From contig JAZUAZ010000237.1 in NCBI GenBank assembly GCA_045638245.1, positions 1-62,676 on the forward strand: a stretch of DNA of 62,676 bases, read 5' to 3'. The translations under genes and the position numbers were made by a program. Every line of letters begins with the position of its first letter. Position 1 is the first letter of the stretch. The notes under the pieces are model-generated. The model did not search any database and had not been told where the DNA came from. It saw nothing but the letters and a program-made list of their open reading frames with translations. Source of the DNA: Acutalibacteraceae bacterium (GTDB lineage: Bacteria; Bacillota; Clostridia; Oscillospirales; Acutalibacteraceae). Shown one piece after another: positions 36,228-46,148 of this stretch.

Positions 36228-37049
36228 TTGGCCGAAAAAGTAAGACTTGACATACTTTTATATGAAAGAGGCTTTGTTGACAGTCGTGAAAAAGCTAAAA
36301 AGCTTATTAAAGACGGTTCAGTGATGGTTAACGGTAATGTTCAAACCAAAGCAGGTATAAACGTCTCGGAAAGTGACACTGTTGAATTATGCGGAGAGCT
36401 TATGCCTTACGTTAGTCGTGGCGGGTTTAAACTTGAAAAATCAATTGATGTATTTAATATAGCACTTAATGGTTATATATGCATGGACATAGGAGCATCA
36501 ACCGGTGGCTTTACTGATTGTATGCTGCAAAACGGTGCTTCTAAAGTTTATGCTGTTGACGTCGGTTCAGCGCAGTTATCACACAAACTTCTAAGCGACA
36601 GCAGAGTTGTTAATATGGAGAAAACAAACTTCAGATACCTTGCTGTTGAAGATATATCCGATGAAATTGACTTTGCAAGTGTGGATGTTTCTTTTATTTC
36701 TCTGAGGTACATCATACCGAATTTATATAAATTTCTTAAACATGGTGCTACGGCAGTGTGTCTTATTAAGCCACAATTTGAGGCGGGGAAAGAAAATGTC
36801 GGTAAAAATGGTATTGTTAAAGAAATAGGTGTACACAAGGATGTTGTTACAGATGTTTACCGTTTTGCCATTGAGTCGGGATTTGCAGTTGAGGGATTGG
36901 ATTTCTCACCTATAAAGGGACCAAAGGGGAATATTGAATATCTGATATATCTTAAAAAAGATGAAAAAAGTGTAACTGTTGTCAATGTACAGCAAATATC
37001 TGAAACAGTAATAAATTCACACAGAGAGCTTAACAGAGGTGAAATTTGA
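36228..37049 (+). CDS. tlyA: TlyA-family rRNA 2'-O-methyltransferase
   Basis: N-terminal S4 domain (RLDILLYERGF) plus the FtsJ-type SAM motif MDIGASTGGFTDCML. TTG start after GGAGAG. Confidence 0.9.
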   Translation: MAEKVRLDILLYERGFVDSREKAKKLIKDGSVMVNGNVQTKAGINVSESDTVELCGELMPYVSRGGFKLEKSIDVFNIALNGYICMDIGASTGGFTDCMLQNGASKVYAVDVGSAQLSHKLLSDSRVVNMEKTNFRYLAVEDISDEIDFASVDVSFISLRYIIPNLYKFLKHGATAVCLIKPQFEAGKENVGKNGIVKEIGVHKDVVTDVYRFAIESGFAVEGLDFSPIKGPKGNIEYLIYLKKDEKSVTVVNVQQISETVINSHRELNRGEI

Positions 37050-37921
37050 TGAAAGTGGCGTTACAAGTAAATATGACAAGAGAAAATGCTTATAACGTTG
37101 CTTCTGAGGTGTGCAATCAACTTGCAAGATTAGGCATTTTTGTCCTGATGGATAAAAAACATCTTAATATTTTTAAAGAACAGTCAATAGAATTCCTTGA
37201 TGCTGATAAATGTATTACAGAGTGTGACATTGTTATTTCTATCGGCGGTGACGGAACGATTATTCATTCCGCTCACGATGCTGCTGAATATGATAAACCG
37301 GTTCTTGGTATAAATGCAGGCAGATTGGGATTTCTTGCCGGACTTGAAAAAGGTGAGCTTGACAGATTGTCTTGCTTGAAAGACGGAAGCTATACCGTTG
37401 ATAACAGAATGATGCTTGAAGTAAGACATTATGAGGGTAATGAATTTGTAAATGATTATACTTGCCTGAATGATGTTATAATCGGACGAGGGGCTACGCT
37501 CAGACTTTGTGAGATTGATGTCAGCAGTAACGGGAAGCTTTTATACAACTATCTTGCAGACGGTCTTATCGTTGCAACTCCGACGGGTTCAACCGCATAC
37601 TCACTTTCGTCGGGCGGGCCTGTGGTTGACACGAGTATTGAAAGTTTAATACTTACCCCTGTATGCAGTCATTCGCTTTTTTCGCGCTCAATTATATTTA
37701 GACCTGATACGGAGATTGAGTTCAGCGTCAAAAATTGTGATAACTGCTCACCGGTTTTCAGTTGTGATGGCGAGATTGGAATACCTGTTACTTCGAAGAC
37801 CCGTATATTAGTAACCAGGAGCAAAAAATATTCCAAAATCATCAGAATTAAATCGGATAGCTTTTCTGATGTATTGAACAGTAAGTTAATAAATAGATAT
37901 AAACATCAACAAGGAGAATAA
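37049..37921 (+). CDS. nadK: NAD kinase
   Basis: The GGDGT motif (SIGGDGTIIHSAH), the NDVII block and ATPTGSTAYSLSSGGP. Confidence 0.92.
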   Translation: MKVALQVNMTRENAYNVASEVCNQLARLGIFVLMDKKHLNIFKEQSIEFLDADKCITECDIVISIGGDGTIIHSAHDAAEYDKPVLGINAGRLGFLAGLEKGELDRLSCLKDGSYTVDNRMMLEVRHYEGNEFVNDYTCLNDVIIGRGATLRLCEIDVSSNGKLLYNYLADGLIVATPTGSTAYSLSSGGPVVDTSIESLILTPVCSHSLFSRSIIFRPDTEIEFSVKNCDNCSPVFSCDGEIGIPVTSKTRILVTRSKKYSKIIRIKSDSFSDVLNSKLINRYKHQQGE

Positions 37922-37923
37922 AA

Positions 37924-38382
37924 ATGAAGAAAAACAGACATGAGGCACTGCTTTCTCTTATTGAAAAAGAAGAGATCGGTACCCAGGATGAACTTTTACA
38001 AAAACTTAACGAGCTTGGATATAAGGTTACTCAAGCTACTGTATCCAGAGACATTAAACAGCTTAAGTTAATAAAAGTACCGGGAAAATCAGGTCAATAT
38101 AAATATTCTTGTGCAACAAACGATGCGGAGGATCGCTCCGGCAAATATCATTCAATTCTTATGCACTCAGTAATTTCAGTTGATTATGCCGGAAATATTG
38201 CAGTAATTAAATGTTATTCAGGTATGGCTCAGGCAGCCTGTGCTGCTGTTGACAATCTTGGGCCGGAAAATGTTGTCGGAACTCTTGCAGGTGATGATAC
38301 TATCTTCTTATTGTGTAAAAATGAGGTCAGCGCTGCTGAATTGAAGGACTTTATAGGCGGAATAATAAATAAAAAAGATTAA
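37924..38382 (+). CDS. argR: arginine repressor
   Basis: 152 aa with a winged-helix region (QDELLQKLNELGYKVTQATVSRDIKQL) and the C-terminal GTLAGDDTIFL oligomerisation/arginine-binding block. Confidence 0.92.
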   Translation: MKKNRHEALLSLIEKEEIGTQDELLQKLNELGYKVTQATVSRDIKQLKLIKVPGKSGQYKYSCATNDAEDRSGKYHSILMHSVISVDYAGNIAVIKCYSGMAQAACAAVDNLGPENVVGTLAGDDTIFLLCKNEVSAAELKDFIGGIINKKD

Positions 38383-38399
38383 AAAGAGGAGGATGCTCT

Positions 38400-40076
38400 A
38401 TGCTGTCAAGTTTAAAAATAGAAAATATAGCGGTTGTTGAGCACTCCGAAATTAACTTTGGCAATGGTCTTAATATACTTACGGGTGAGACCGGAGCCGG
38501 TAAATCAATAATCATTGACGCTATAAACGCTGTACTCGGAGAACGTACTTCTAAAGATATTGTGCGTTCAGGTTGTGACAAGGCACGTGTAACTGCATGG
38601 TTTGACAAAATACCGGAATCACTGTGCGATTTACTTGAACAGTATGACGTTGATAATGATGATGGAGGTCTTCTTATCAGCAGAATTATTTCTTCCGACG
38701 GGAGAAGCAGCTGTAAGGTCAACGGTTGTAATGTAACCGTATCAATGCTCAGAGATATTGGTAGAAATCTTATTTCGATCTGCGGTCAGCATGATAGTCA
38801 ATTCCTTTTACAAAAGGATTATCATCTTGGTTTTATAGACTCTGTAGCCGGTAGTGAAGAATTGCTTGATGAATATGTGGAGATATACTCTAAGGTTAAA
38901 GAGATCAAGAAAAGATTGAAGGTTCTCCTTAAGAACGAGGATGAGAAGGAGCGCAGGCTTGATATTCTTCAATATCAGATAGATGAAATCTCCCGTGCTG
39001 ATTTGCATATCGGCGAAAAAGAAGAGCTTATGAAACAGAAAAATGTAATTCGGAATATTGAAAAAATAACCGGGTGTGTTCATAAATGTGATGCATTACT
39101 AAATGGAAATGACAACGAAAACGGTATTTTAGGTCTTATGCATAACCTGAGCTCTTGTTTAGATGAGCTGTCCGGATATGATGCTTCTGCATCTGTCATT
39201 GCAGAAGCTGTGAACGATATTATTTATACACTTTCTGATTATTCATCTGAGATTAACTCGCATTTAAACGATGCTGAATATTCTTATTCTGATATAAATG
39301 AAATTGAAGCGAGACTTGATCTTATTTATCGTTTGTCAAAAAAGTACGGTGAGGACGAGAAGGCAATTTTAAGTTTTCTGGACAAAGCAACAGAAGAGTT
39401 CAACTCAATATGTAACAGCGATGAAATGATTGAAGAGCTGAGCAATGAGCTTATTGCACTTGAGGAAGAGTTATTTAAAAAGGGCTGTTATTTATCTGAT
39501 GCAAGAAAAAGTGCTGCAATTGACTTTGAAAATAAAATAAAACGTGAATTGAATTATCTTGATATGCCTAATGCTCAGTTTTTAGTTGATTTTAAAGATT
39601 CAGATGCAACAGAAAACGGTCTTGATGATGTAGAATTTCTTTTTTCAGCCAACTCAGGGCAAGACACCAGATCTCTTCACAAAATTGCTTCCGGCGGTGA
39701 ACTTTCGAGAGTTATGCTTGCCATCAGAAGTGTACTGAGTGATACGGATCCCACAGCAACAGTAATCTTTGATGAAATCGATACAGGTGTCAGCGGTAGG
39801 GCTGCCCACAAAATTGCATATAAGATGCACGAGTTGTCAAGGCTTAAACAGGTTTTATGTGTAACACATCTGGCACAGATAGCAGCTTATGCTGATAACC
39901 ATCTTTACATCGAGAAGCATGCTGACGATAAAAGGACATATACGAACGTAGTCTCCCTTGATGAAGCTGGATGTGTAAATGAAATAGCCCGTATAATCGG
40001 GGGCGAGGTTATTACGCCTGCTACACTTGAGTCCGCCCGTGAAATGATAGAATATGCTAAAAGTGGTAATTTCTAA
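38400..40076 (+). CDS. recN: DNA repair protein RecN
   Basis: 558 aa with Walker A GETGAGKS, a long coiled coil, the signature ASGGELSRVMLA and Walker B VIFDEIDTGVSG. Confidence 0.95.
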   Translation: MLSSLKIENIAVVEHSEINFGNGLNILTGETGAGKSIIIDAINAVLGERTSKDIVRSGCDKARVTAWFDKIPESLCDLLEQYDVDNDDGGLLISRIISSDGRSSCKVNGCNVTVSMLRDIGRNLISICGQHDSQFLLQKDYHLGFIDSVAGSEELLDEYVEIYSKVKEIKKRLKVLLKNEDEKERRLDILQYQIDEISRADLHIGEKEELMKQKNVIRNIEKITGCVHKCDALLNGNDNENGILGLMHNLSSCLDELSGYDASASVIAEAVNDIIYTLSDYSSEINSHLNDAEYSYSDINEIEARLDLIYRLSKKYGEDEKAILSFLDKATEEFNSICNSDEMIEELSNELIALEEELFKKGCYLSDARKSAAIDFENKIKRELNYLDMPNAQFLVDFKDSDATENGLDDVEFLFSANSGQDTRSLHKIASGGELSRVMLAIRSVLSDTDPTATVIFDEIDTGVSGRAAHKIAYKMHELSRLKQVLCVTHLAQIAAYADNHLYIEKHADDKRTYTNVVSLDEAGCVNEIARIIGGEVITPATLESAREMIEYAKSGNF

Positions 40077-40094
40077 AAATTAACCGTGTATAAC

Positions 40095-40123
40095 TTGACT
40101 TTAAGTTTATAAATCGGTAAAAT
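40095..40123 (+). promoter_or_regulatory. candidate sigma-A-type promoter of tyrS
   Basis: TTGACT (40095-40100), 17-nt spacer, TAAAAT (40118-40123). This leaves only about a 30-nt leader. Confidence 0.45.
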
Positions 40124-40154
40124 ACAATGAAAACAAATGAAAGGAACGATAACA

Positions 40155-41381
40155 ATGAAAATATATGAGGAGCTTGTGGCAAGAGGATTGATTGCTCAGG
40201 TTACAAATGAAGACGAAATAAGAGAAATGATCAATGAGGGAAAGGCAACTTTCTACATCGGATTTGACTGTACTGCTGATAGCCTTACTGCAGGTCATTT
40301 TATGGCTCTTACTCTTATGAAAAGATTACAGATGGCCGGAAACAGACCTATTGCGCTCATCGGTGGCGGTACAACTATGATTGGCGATCCTTCAGGCAGA
40401 ACTGATATGCGTAAGATGCTTACAAAAGAGGATATTGACCACAATGCCGAATGCTTCAAGAGACAGATGGAGCGCTTTATTGATTTTGGTGAAGGAAAGG
40501 CAATGATGGTTAATAATGCCGACTGGCTTCTTAATCTTAATTATGTTGATCTTCTTCGCGAGGTAGGTGCTTGCTTCAGCGTAAATAAGATGCTTTCTGC
40601 TGAATGCTATAAGCAAAGAATGGAAAAGGGACTTTCCTTCCTTGAATTTAATTACATGATTATGCAGAGCTACGACTTCTATGAACTTTTCAAGACTTAC
40701 GGATGTAATATGCAGTTTGGCGGAGACGACCAGTGGAGCAACATGCTTGGCGGTACTGAGCTTATCCGAAAGAAGCTTGGTAAGGACGCTCATGCTATGA
40801 CAATTACACTTCTTACCGATTCTCAGGGTAAGAAAATGGGTAAAACTGCAGGTAATGCTGTTTGGCTCGATCCTAATAAGACATCTCCCTTTGATTTTTA
40901 TCAGTATTGGAGAAATGTTGACGATGCTGATGTTCTTAAGTGCATAAAGATGCTCACCTTCCTTCCGATAGAAGAAATTTCTGAGATGGAAAGCTGGGAG
41001 GGCAGTCAACTTAACAGAGCAAAAGAAATACTTGCTTTTGAGCTTACAAAGCTTGTTCACGGTGAAGATGAGGCAAATAAGGCTCAGGAAGGCGCGAGAG
41101 CTCTTTTCTCTGGATCAGGCAATACTGATAATATGCCTACAACTGTTCTTTCATCTGCTGATTTCACAGATGGTGCTATCAGTCTTATTGATATGATGCT
41201 CAAGGCTTCAATTATCAAGTCAAGAGGTGAGGGCAGAAGACTCATTGAACAGGGCGGTGTTACTGTTGATGACGTAAAGGCTGAGAGCTTCTCCGATGTT
41301 ATAAAAACAGAAGCTTTTGAAAAAGGCCAGGTAATTGTTAAGAAAGGCAAGAAGGTATTCGTTAAGTTTATCCTTGAATAA
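40155..41381 (+). CDS. tyrS: tyrosine--tRNA ligase
   Basis: HIGH-type motif (DSLTAGH), KMSKS-type motif (KMGKT), and a C-terminal S4 domain (SRGEGRRLIEQGGVTVDD). The start was chosen at the ATG after AAAGGAA. Confidence 0.95.
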   Translation: MKIYEELVARGLIAQVTNEDEIREMINEGKATFYIGFDCTADSLTAGHFMALTLMKRLQMAGNRPIALIGGGTTMIGDPSGRTDMRKMLTKEDIDHNAECFKRQMERFIDFGEGKAMMVNNADWLLNLNYVDLLREVGACFSVNKMLSAECYKQRMEKGLSFLEFNYMIMQSYDFYELFKTYGCNMQFGGDDQWSNMLGGTELIRKKLGKDAHAMTITLLTDSQGKKMGKTAGNAVWLDPNKTSPFDFYQYWRNVDDADVLKCIKMLTFLPIEEISEMESWEGSQLNRAKEILAFELTKLVHGEDEANKAQEGARALFSGSGNTDNMPTTVLSSADFTDGAISLIDMMLKASIIKSRGEGRRLIEQGGVTVDDVKAESFSDVIKTEAFEKGQVIVKKGKKVFVKFILE

Positions 41382-41402
41382 TTAAGAGGGGAGAACCGTG
41401 AA

Positions 41403-41987
41403 ATGACCGAAACTGATAAAAAATTAAAATTTAACATAGGTGCATTTTTATGTTACACTGTTAGTGTGCTGTTATCTTTAGTGTGCTACTTTGTATATGC
41501 ATTTCTTCCGTCTTCGGATGAGTTTACTAATTCGATTGAATATTCCGGTGAAGAAACGGTATATGTATTCGGAAGTTCTTTTATATCAGGTTTAATAAGT
41601 GCTTTGATTTTTGGAATTATGGCGTTTGCTTTCAGAAAATATTTCTATAAACTTTCTTTTTCAGACAGAAAGATCGGTAATTACAAAATCAATGAATCTA
41701 CATTGGAATGGATTTCGCTTATTACTTCAGTACTTTTATTTGCTGTTACATGTACAAGCGCAGTATTATCTTTTCTGTTTTTTAAGAGTTGTATGTTTGA
41801 TATGACTGATCCTTTCCTTGCACCTACTGATGGTACGATATTCAAAAAATACGAATACGTAATTTTTGCAAATACAATTGTGCATATAGTATTCTATATA
41901 CTTACAGTTATAAAAATGATAGGTATACATTGGCTTGACGGTATTGTATGTTTAATTTGCCGTACAGCTAAAAAGATAAAAAAATAA
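41403..41987 (+). CDS. hypothetical polytopic membrane protein
   Basis: 194 aa with 4-5 hydrophobic helices. I recognised no family motif. Confidence 0.55.
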   Translation: MTETDKKLKFNIGAFLCYTVSVLLSLVCYFVYAFLPSSDEFTNSIEYSGEETVYVFGSSFISGLISALIFGIMAFAFRKYFYKLSFSDRKIGNYKINESTLEWISLITSVLLFAVTCTSAVLSFLFFKSCMFDMTDPFLAPTDGTIFKKYEYVIFANTIVHIVFYILTVIKMIGIHWLDGIVCLICRTAKKIKK

Positions 41988-42005
41988 AGAACAAGAGGTG
42001 ACAAA

Positions 42006-45000
42006 ATGAATTTTAGGGACAAAAAAATTTATACAATCGCAACGGCACATCTTGACACTGTATGGAACTGGGACTTTGAGCATGTTATAAACGTTTGTCT
42101 CAAGGAAACTCTTGAACAGAATTTTGCTTTGTTTGAGAAATATCCGGATTATCGTTTTAATTTTGAAGGTGCATACAGATATGAACTTTTTGAAGAATAT
42201 TACCCTGAAAAGTTTGAAGAATTAAGAAAGTATATTGAGCAGGGAAGATGGAATGTGACCGGAAGCGGTTACGAAAACGGCGACGTTAATGTCCCGTCAC
42301 CTGAAAGTCTTTTCAGAAATATGCTTTACGGCAACCTTTATTTCGAAAAGAAGTTTGGAAAAAGGAGCAATGATATTTTCCTTCCCGACTGTTTTGGTTT
42401 TGGTTGGGCATTACCTGCAATCGCTGAACATAGCGGGTTAAAGGGCTTCTCAACCCAGAAACTTTCCTGGGGCAGTGCTTACGGCGTTCCTTTTGATATT
42501 GGTGTATGGTACGGTTCGAACGGGAAGAAAATTTTCGCATCGCTTGATGCTAAATCGTACTGTACAAAATTTAAAGAAGTACGTACAAAGAAAGATCTTG
42601 TTGAGAAACTCAACAAAAATATTTCCAATTTCAACTTCCCGTGGACATTTGCTTATCACGGCGTAGGTGATGTAGGCGGTGCACCCAAGGAAGAGTCGGT
42701 AAGAACTGTTTGCAATGAAATTTCTACAAATGAAACTTCAGACATTAAAGTTCTTTCATCCAGTCCTACAGAATTTTTCGACGATCTTTCAAAGCTTTCT
42801 GATGAAGAAATAGCGAAGCTTCCTACTTGGAATAACGAGCTTGTTATGACTAATCACGGTGTAGGTTCTTATATCTCACGAGCTTTCAGTAAGAGATATA
42901 ACAGAAAAAATGAAGAGCTTGCTGACATGGCTGAAAGAGCCGGTGTTGCAGCTATGACTCTTTGCGGTGCAGAATACCCCAAGGATGAAATAGATAAAGG
43001 CTGGAAGAGGACTATTGCACACACCTTCCATGATGATATTACCGGTACTTCTGTACAGAGGGTATATCAGCGCTCGTGGAACGACCTTATTCTTAGCGCT
43101 AATCAGCTTTCTAATGCTTATGAAGGTGCTACTTCTGAGGTTATTAAATCACTTGATACTTCGTGGGTAAAGGGTATCCCGGTTGTTATTTGCAATAGCA
43201 TTGAACAGAATAGAATGTCAGCTGTTGACATAACAATTCCTGCAAACGGTCACACAAATGTCCGTGTATTTGATAAGAGCGGTCAGGAACTTCCCAGCCA
43301 GGTGAATACATCAGATGCAGAAACAATGCATATTTCAATTTCGGCTATTGTACCGTCTCTCGGTTACAGGGTAGTCGACGTTATTTATAGCGATGTACCA
43401 TGTCAGTTGAGCTCGGGTATTAAAGTAGGCTCCAATGTTATAGAAAACTTTAAATATATTGTTACCGTTAATGAAAACGGTGATATTTCATCAATTATTG
43501 ATAAAACCCTTAACAATAAGGAGATTCTTGATAAGCCTATCAGATTTGAGCTCAATAAGTATAAGGGTGCAAAAGAATATCCCGCTTGGGAGCTTACTTA
43601 TAAAGAAGTGAAAGCCTTCCCTTGGGAATTTGCAGAAAAGGGTGTCTGCACTGTTGAACAGTCAGGTCCTGTAAGAGCAACACTTAAGGTTGTTCAGAAA
43701 GTAAACAAGTCAACATTTACTTACTATGTATCACTTGAAGCGGGTTGTCCATGGGTAAGCGTATACAATGAAGTTGAGTGGCGCGAGTTTAAGAGAGTGC
43801 TTCATAACGGCTTCTCATTCACATGTAAGAATGCAAAATCTACATACGACTTAGGTCTTGGTACCATTACAAGAGGTGTCGCGAACAGTAAGCTTTATTC
43901 AGTTTGTGCACAGAAGTGGGCTGATATCACTAATGACGATGAAAGCTTTGGCGTATCTGTGTTCAGTGACTCCAAGTACGGTTGGATTATGAAGGATAAT
44001 CACACCCTTAAGCTTACAGTTGTTCATTCTCCCAAAAATTGGTTCAGAGATGATAGCGTTCAGGGTATGTTGGATTTCGGACTTAACAGATATGGTTACG
44101 CTATTTTCTCTCATAGCGGAAAAGTCGGTAAGGAAACTCAGCTCAATGCAAGACTCTTTGACCGTCCTTTAACTGCTTTTATTTCTGACAAACACGACGG
44201 ATGCCTTGGTGACAAATATTCGTTTGGTAACATCAGTGCTGACAATGTGATAGTCAGAGCAATCAAAAAGGCTGAAAAAACAGATGAAATTGTTGTAAGA
44301 TTCAATGAAGGTGACCGTCGCAGAACCGAAAACATAGAGTTTACTCTTGGTGCTGGTATAGTCAGTGCGCGCGAAGTTAATGCTATGGAGGATGAAGTTG
44401 GTCTTGCTGTTGTTAACAATGGTAAGCTTATTTTCAGCATAGATCCTTATGAAGTTAAATCTTTTGCCCTTACACTTTCAAAAGGTAATGTAGGAAATAA
44501 ACAGGAAACAACTCCTCTTGAGCTTCCTTTCAATGCTGATGTGGTTACTTTTAATCACGACAGAAATGCAGCTGCTATTCCTACCCTTGATGTTTCTATT
44601 CCCGGTGAAATTTTCCCGAAAGAAATAAACTGCTGCGGCGTTAAGTTCAAGACAGGTGATATATGGGGCGACGGAAACAATGCTATTATTTGTGCAGGTC
44701 AGACTATAAATGTAAAAGCAAAGAAGGTATATTTTATTGCCGCAAGCATTTATGGAGATAAGGTTTATGACTTTAAGGTCGGAAACGAGACAGTAAAAGT
44801 TCCTGTGCAGTCTATCAATGAGAGAATCGGTAAATGGGATCTCTACGATCTTGCTGAAACCGCAAATATTAAAACCGATAAGCTCGCATGGGAGTGCACT
44901 CATACCCATTCGGTTATATATGATGTTGCAGCTCAGCAGCTCTACTTCTTTATGTATGAGCTCAATACCGCTGACGTTGACAGTATTACATTGCCGGATG

Positions 45001-45179
45001 ATAACGGACTTATCATTCTTGCTGCATCACAAAGTAATGACGGTTCATTCGTAAAGCTGGCTACACCTCTTTATGACAGAATCAAAGAACGTAACTTTGA
45101 TTTTAAAATGTCATTTAAAGAAAGACAGAGCTACAGAAAGCATAAGATTCTTGAAAAAAAGACACCAAATAAATCATAA
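42006..45179 (+). CDS. GH38 family alpha-mannosidase (cytoplasmic)
   Basis: 1057 aa. The N-terminal ATAHLDTVWNW...E metal-site pattern, the LPDCFG block and HTFHDDITGTS are typical of GH38. No signal peptide. Confidence 0.88.
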   Translation: MNFRDKKIYTIATAHLDTVWNWDFEHVINVCLKETLEQNFALFEKYPDYRFNFEGAYRYELFEEYYPEKFEELRKYIEQGRWNVTGSGYENGDVNVPSPESLFRNMLYGNLYFEKKFGKRSNDIFLPDCFGFGWALPAIAEHSGLKGFSTQKLSWGSAYGVPFDIGVWYGSNGKKIFASLDAKSYCTKFKEVRTKKDLVEKLNKNISNFNFPWTFAYHGVGDVGGAPKEESVRTVCNEISTNETSDIKVLSSSPTEFFDDLSKLSDEEIAKLPTWNNELVMTNHGVGSYISRAFSKRYNRKNEELADMAERAGVAAMTLCGAEYPKDEIDKGWKRTIAHTFHDDITGTSVQRVYQRSWNDLILSANQLSNAYEGATSEVIKSLDTSWVKGIPVVICNSIEQNRMSAVDITIPANGHTNVRVFDKSGQELPSQVNTSDAETMHISISAIVPSLGYRVVDVIYSDVPCQLSSGIKVGSNVIENFKYIVTVNENGDISSIIDKTLNNKEILDKPIRFELNKYKGAKEYPAWELTYKEVKAFPWEFAEKGVCTVEQSGPVRATLKVVQKVNKSTFTYYVSLEAGCPWVSVYNEVEWREFKRVLHNGFSFTCKNAKSTYDLGLGTITRGVANSKLYSVCAQKWADITNDDESFGVSVFSDSKYGWIMKDNHTLKLTVVHSPKNWFRDDSVQGMLDFGLNRYGYAIFSHSGKVGKETQLNARLFDRPLTAFISDKHDGCLGDKYSFGNISADNVIVRAIKKAEKTDEIVVRFNEGDRRRTENIEFTLGAGIVSAREVNAMEDEVGLAVVNNGKLIFSIDPYEVKSFALTLSKGNVGNKQETTPLELPFNADVVTFNHDRNAAAIPTLDVSIPGEIFPKEINCCGVKFKTGDIWGDGNNAIICAGQTINVKAKKVYFIAASIYGDKVYDFKVGNETVKVPVQSINERIGKWDLYDLAETANIKTDKLAWECTHTHSVIYDVAAQQLYFFMYELNTADVDSITLPDDNGLIILAASQSNDGSFVKLATPLYDRIKERNFDFKMSFKERQSYRKHKILEKKTPNKS

Positions 45180-45186
45180 ATGTGAA

Positions 45187-45214
45187 AGCACCTGCAATTT
45201 TTGCGGGTGCTTTT
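45187..45214 (+). terminator. intrinsic terminator after the GH38 gene
   Basis: 9-bp stem AGCACCTGC (45187-45195) / GCGGGTGCT (45203-45211) with one G-U pair and a 7-nt loop. The T-run is 45211-45214. Confidence 0.65.
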
Positions 45215-45227
45215 GGAGAAGATAAAG

Positions 45228-46049
45228 ATGATTAAATCAAATTGCCATACACATACTGTTTATTGTGACGGAAAAAATTCTGTTGTCGAAATGATTGATG
45301 CGGCTATAAAAAAAGACTTTGTTAGTCTGGGCTTTTCCGGTCATTCACCCATGTATCCTAAAAATGATTGGTCAATGAATCAGGAGTCAATAAACTCTTA
45401 TATTTTTGAAATAAAAAAGTGTAAAAAGCTGTATGAGGATAAAATAGATATTCTCTGTGGAATTGAGCTTGACAGTGATCACTCAGTATCGGATCTGTCT
45501 GAGTTTGATTATATAATTGCCTCTGTTCATCAATTCAGAGACGGAGAAAAAGAATATCCTATTGACTTATCTGCAGAAGAACTTGATAAAATCGTCTGTA
45601 CCAGGTTTGGCGGTAACTGGATTGATATGTGTAAAGCTTATTATAACAATGTTGCTGAATTCGTTTGTAAGGTAAATCCGGATGTGATCGGCCATTTTGA
45701 TCTTGTGACAAAGTACAATGAAAATGGACGTTTTTTTGATGAAAACGATGTTGATTACCGTAGTGCAGCATACAATGCTATTGACAGAATAATTTCTTCT
45801 GTTGATAGACCTGTTTTTGAAGTAAATACGGGGGCTATGTATCGTGTCGGCAAATCTGAACCGTATCCTTCGCCTTTTATTATGGAATATCTTTTCCGTA
45901 AAGGTATTGAAATTACTGTTACGTCAGATTCTCATTGTGTTGATTCTATAGATTTTGCCTTTGAAGAAGCTGCGGAATATTGTAAGAGATTTGGGTTTAG
46001 AAAATCAATCATCTTTACATCAAATGGAATAAAAGAAATAGATTTGTAA
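45228..46049 (+). CDS. PHP-family phosphoesterase (HisJ-type histidinol-phosphatase family)
   Basis: NCHTHTVYCDGK metal-binding start and an SDSHC block near the C-terminus. ATG after GGAGAAG. The track ORF start (45201) lies inside the terminator. Confidence 0.8.
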   Translation: MIKSNCHTHTVYCDGKNSVVEMIDAAIKKDFVSLGFSGHSPMYPKNDWSMNQESINSYIFEIKKCKKLYEDKIDILCGIELDSDHSVSDLSEFDYIIASVHQFRDGEKEYPIDLSAEELDKIVCTRFGGNWIDMCKAYYNNVAEFVCKVNPDVIGHFDLVTKYNENGRFFDENDVDYRSAAYNAIDRIISSVDRPVFEVNTGAMYRVGKSEPYPSPFIMEYLFRKGIEITVTSDSHCVDSIDFAFEEAAEYCKRFGFRKSIIFTSNGIKEIDL

Positions 46050-46050
46050 T

Positions 46051-46085
46051 AATCAGCCCACTGAGGGCTGATTATTTATATTTTT
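46051..46085 (+). terminator. intrinsic terminator after the PHP gene
   Basis: AATCAGCCC (46051-46059) / GGGCTGATT (46065-46073) with a 5-nt loop, followed by a T-rich tract. Confidence 0.6.
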
Positions 46086-46086
46086 A

Positions 46087-46115
46087 TTGATTTTTATAGG
46101 GAAATGATATATAAT
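46087..46115 (+). promoter_or_regulatory. candidate sigma-A-type promoter of the M42 peptidase genes
   Basis: TTGATT (46087-46092), 17-nt spacer, TATAAT (46110-46115). Confidence 0.45.
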
Positions 46116-46148
46116 AAAATGATAAAACATTAGGTTTGGAGGCTTTTT

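Noticed and set aside
38300-38399. LexA (Cheo) box upstream of recN
   Set aside because: No CGAAC-N4-GTTCG-like palindrome occurs in the 17-nt argR-recN spacer or in the argR 3' end. The CGAACACAG repeats at 13567-13588 are direct, not inverted.
40392-41060. 222-aa minus-strand ORF
   Set aside because: It lies antisense inside tyrS, whose HIGH, KMSKS and S4 motifs are unambiguous. It has no independent signals.
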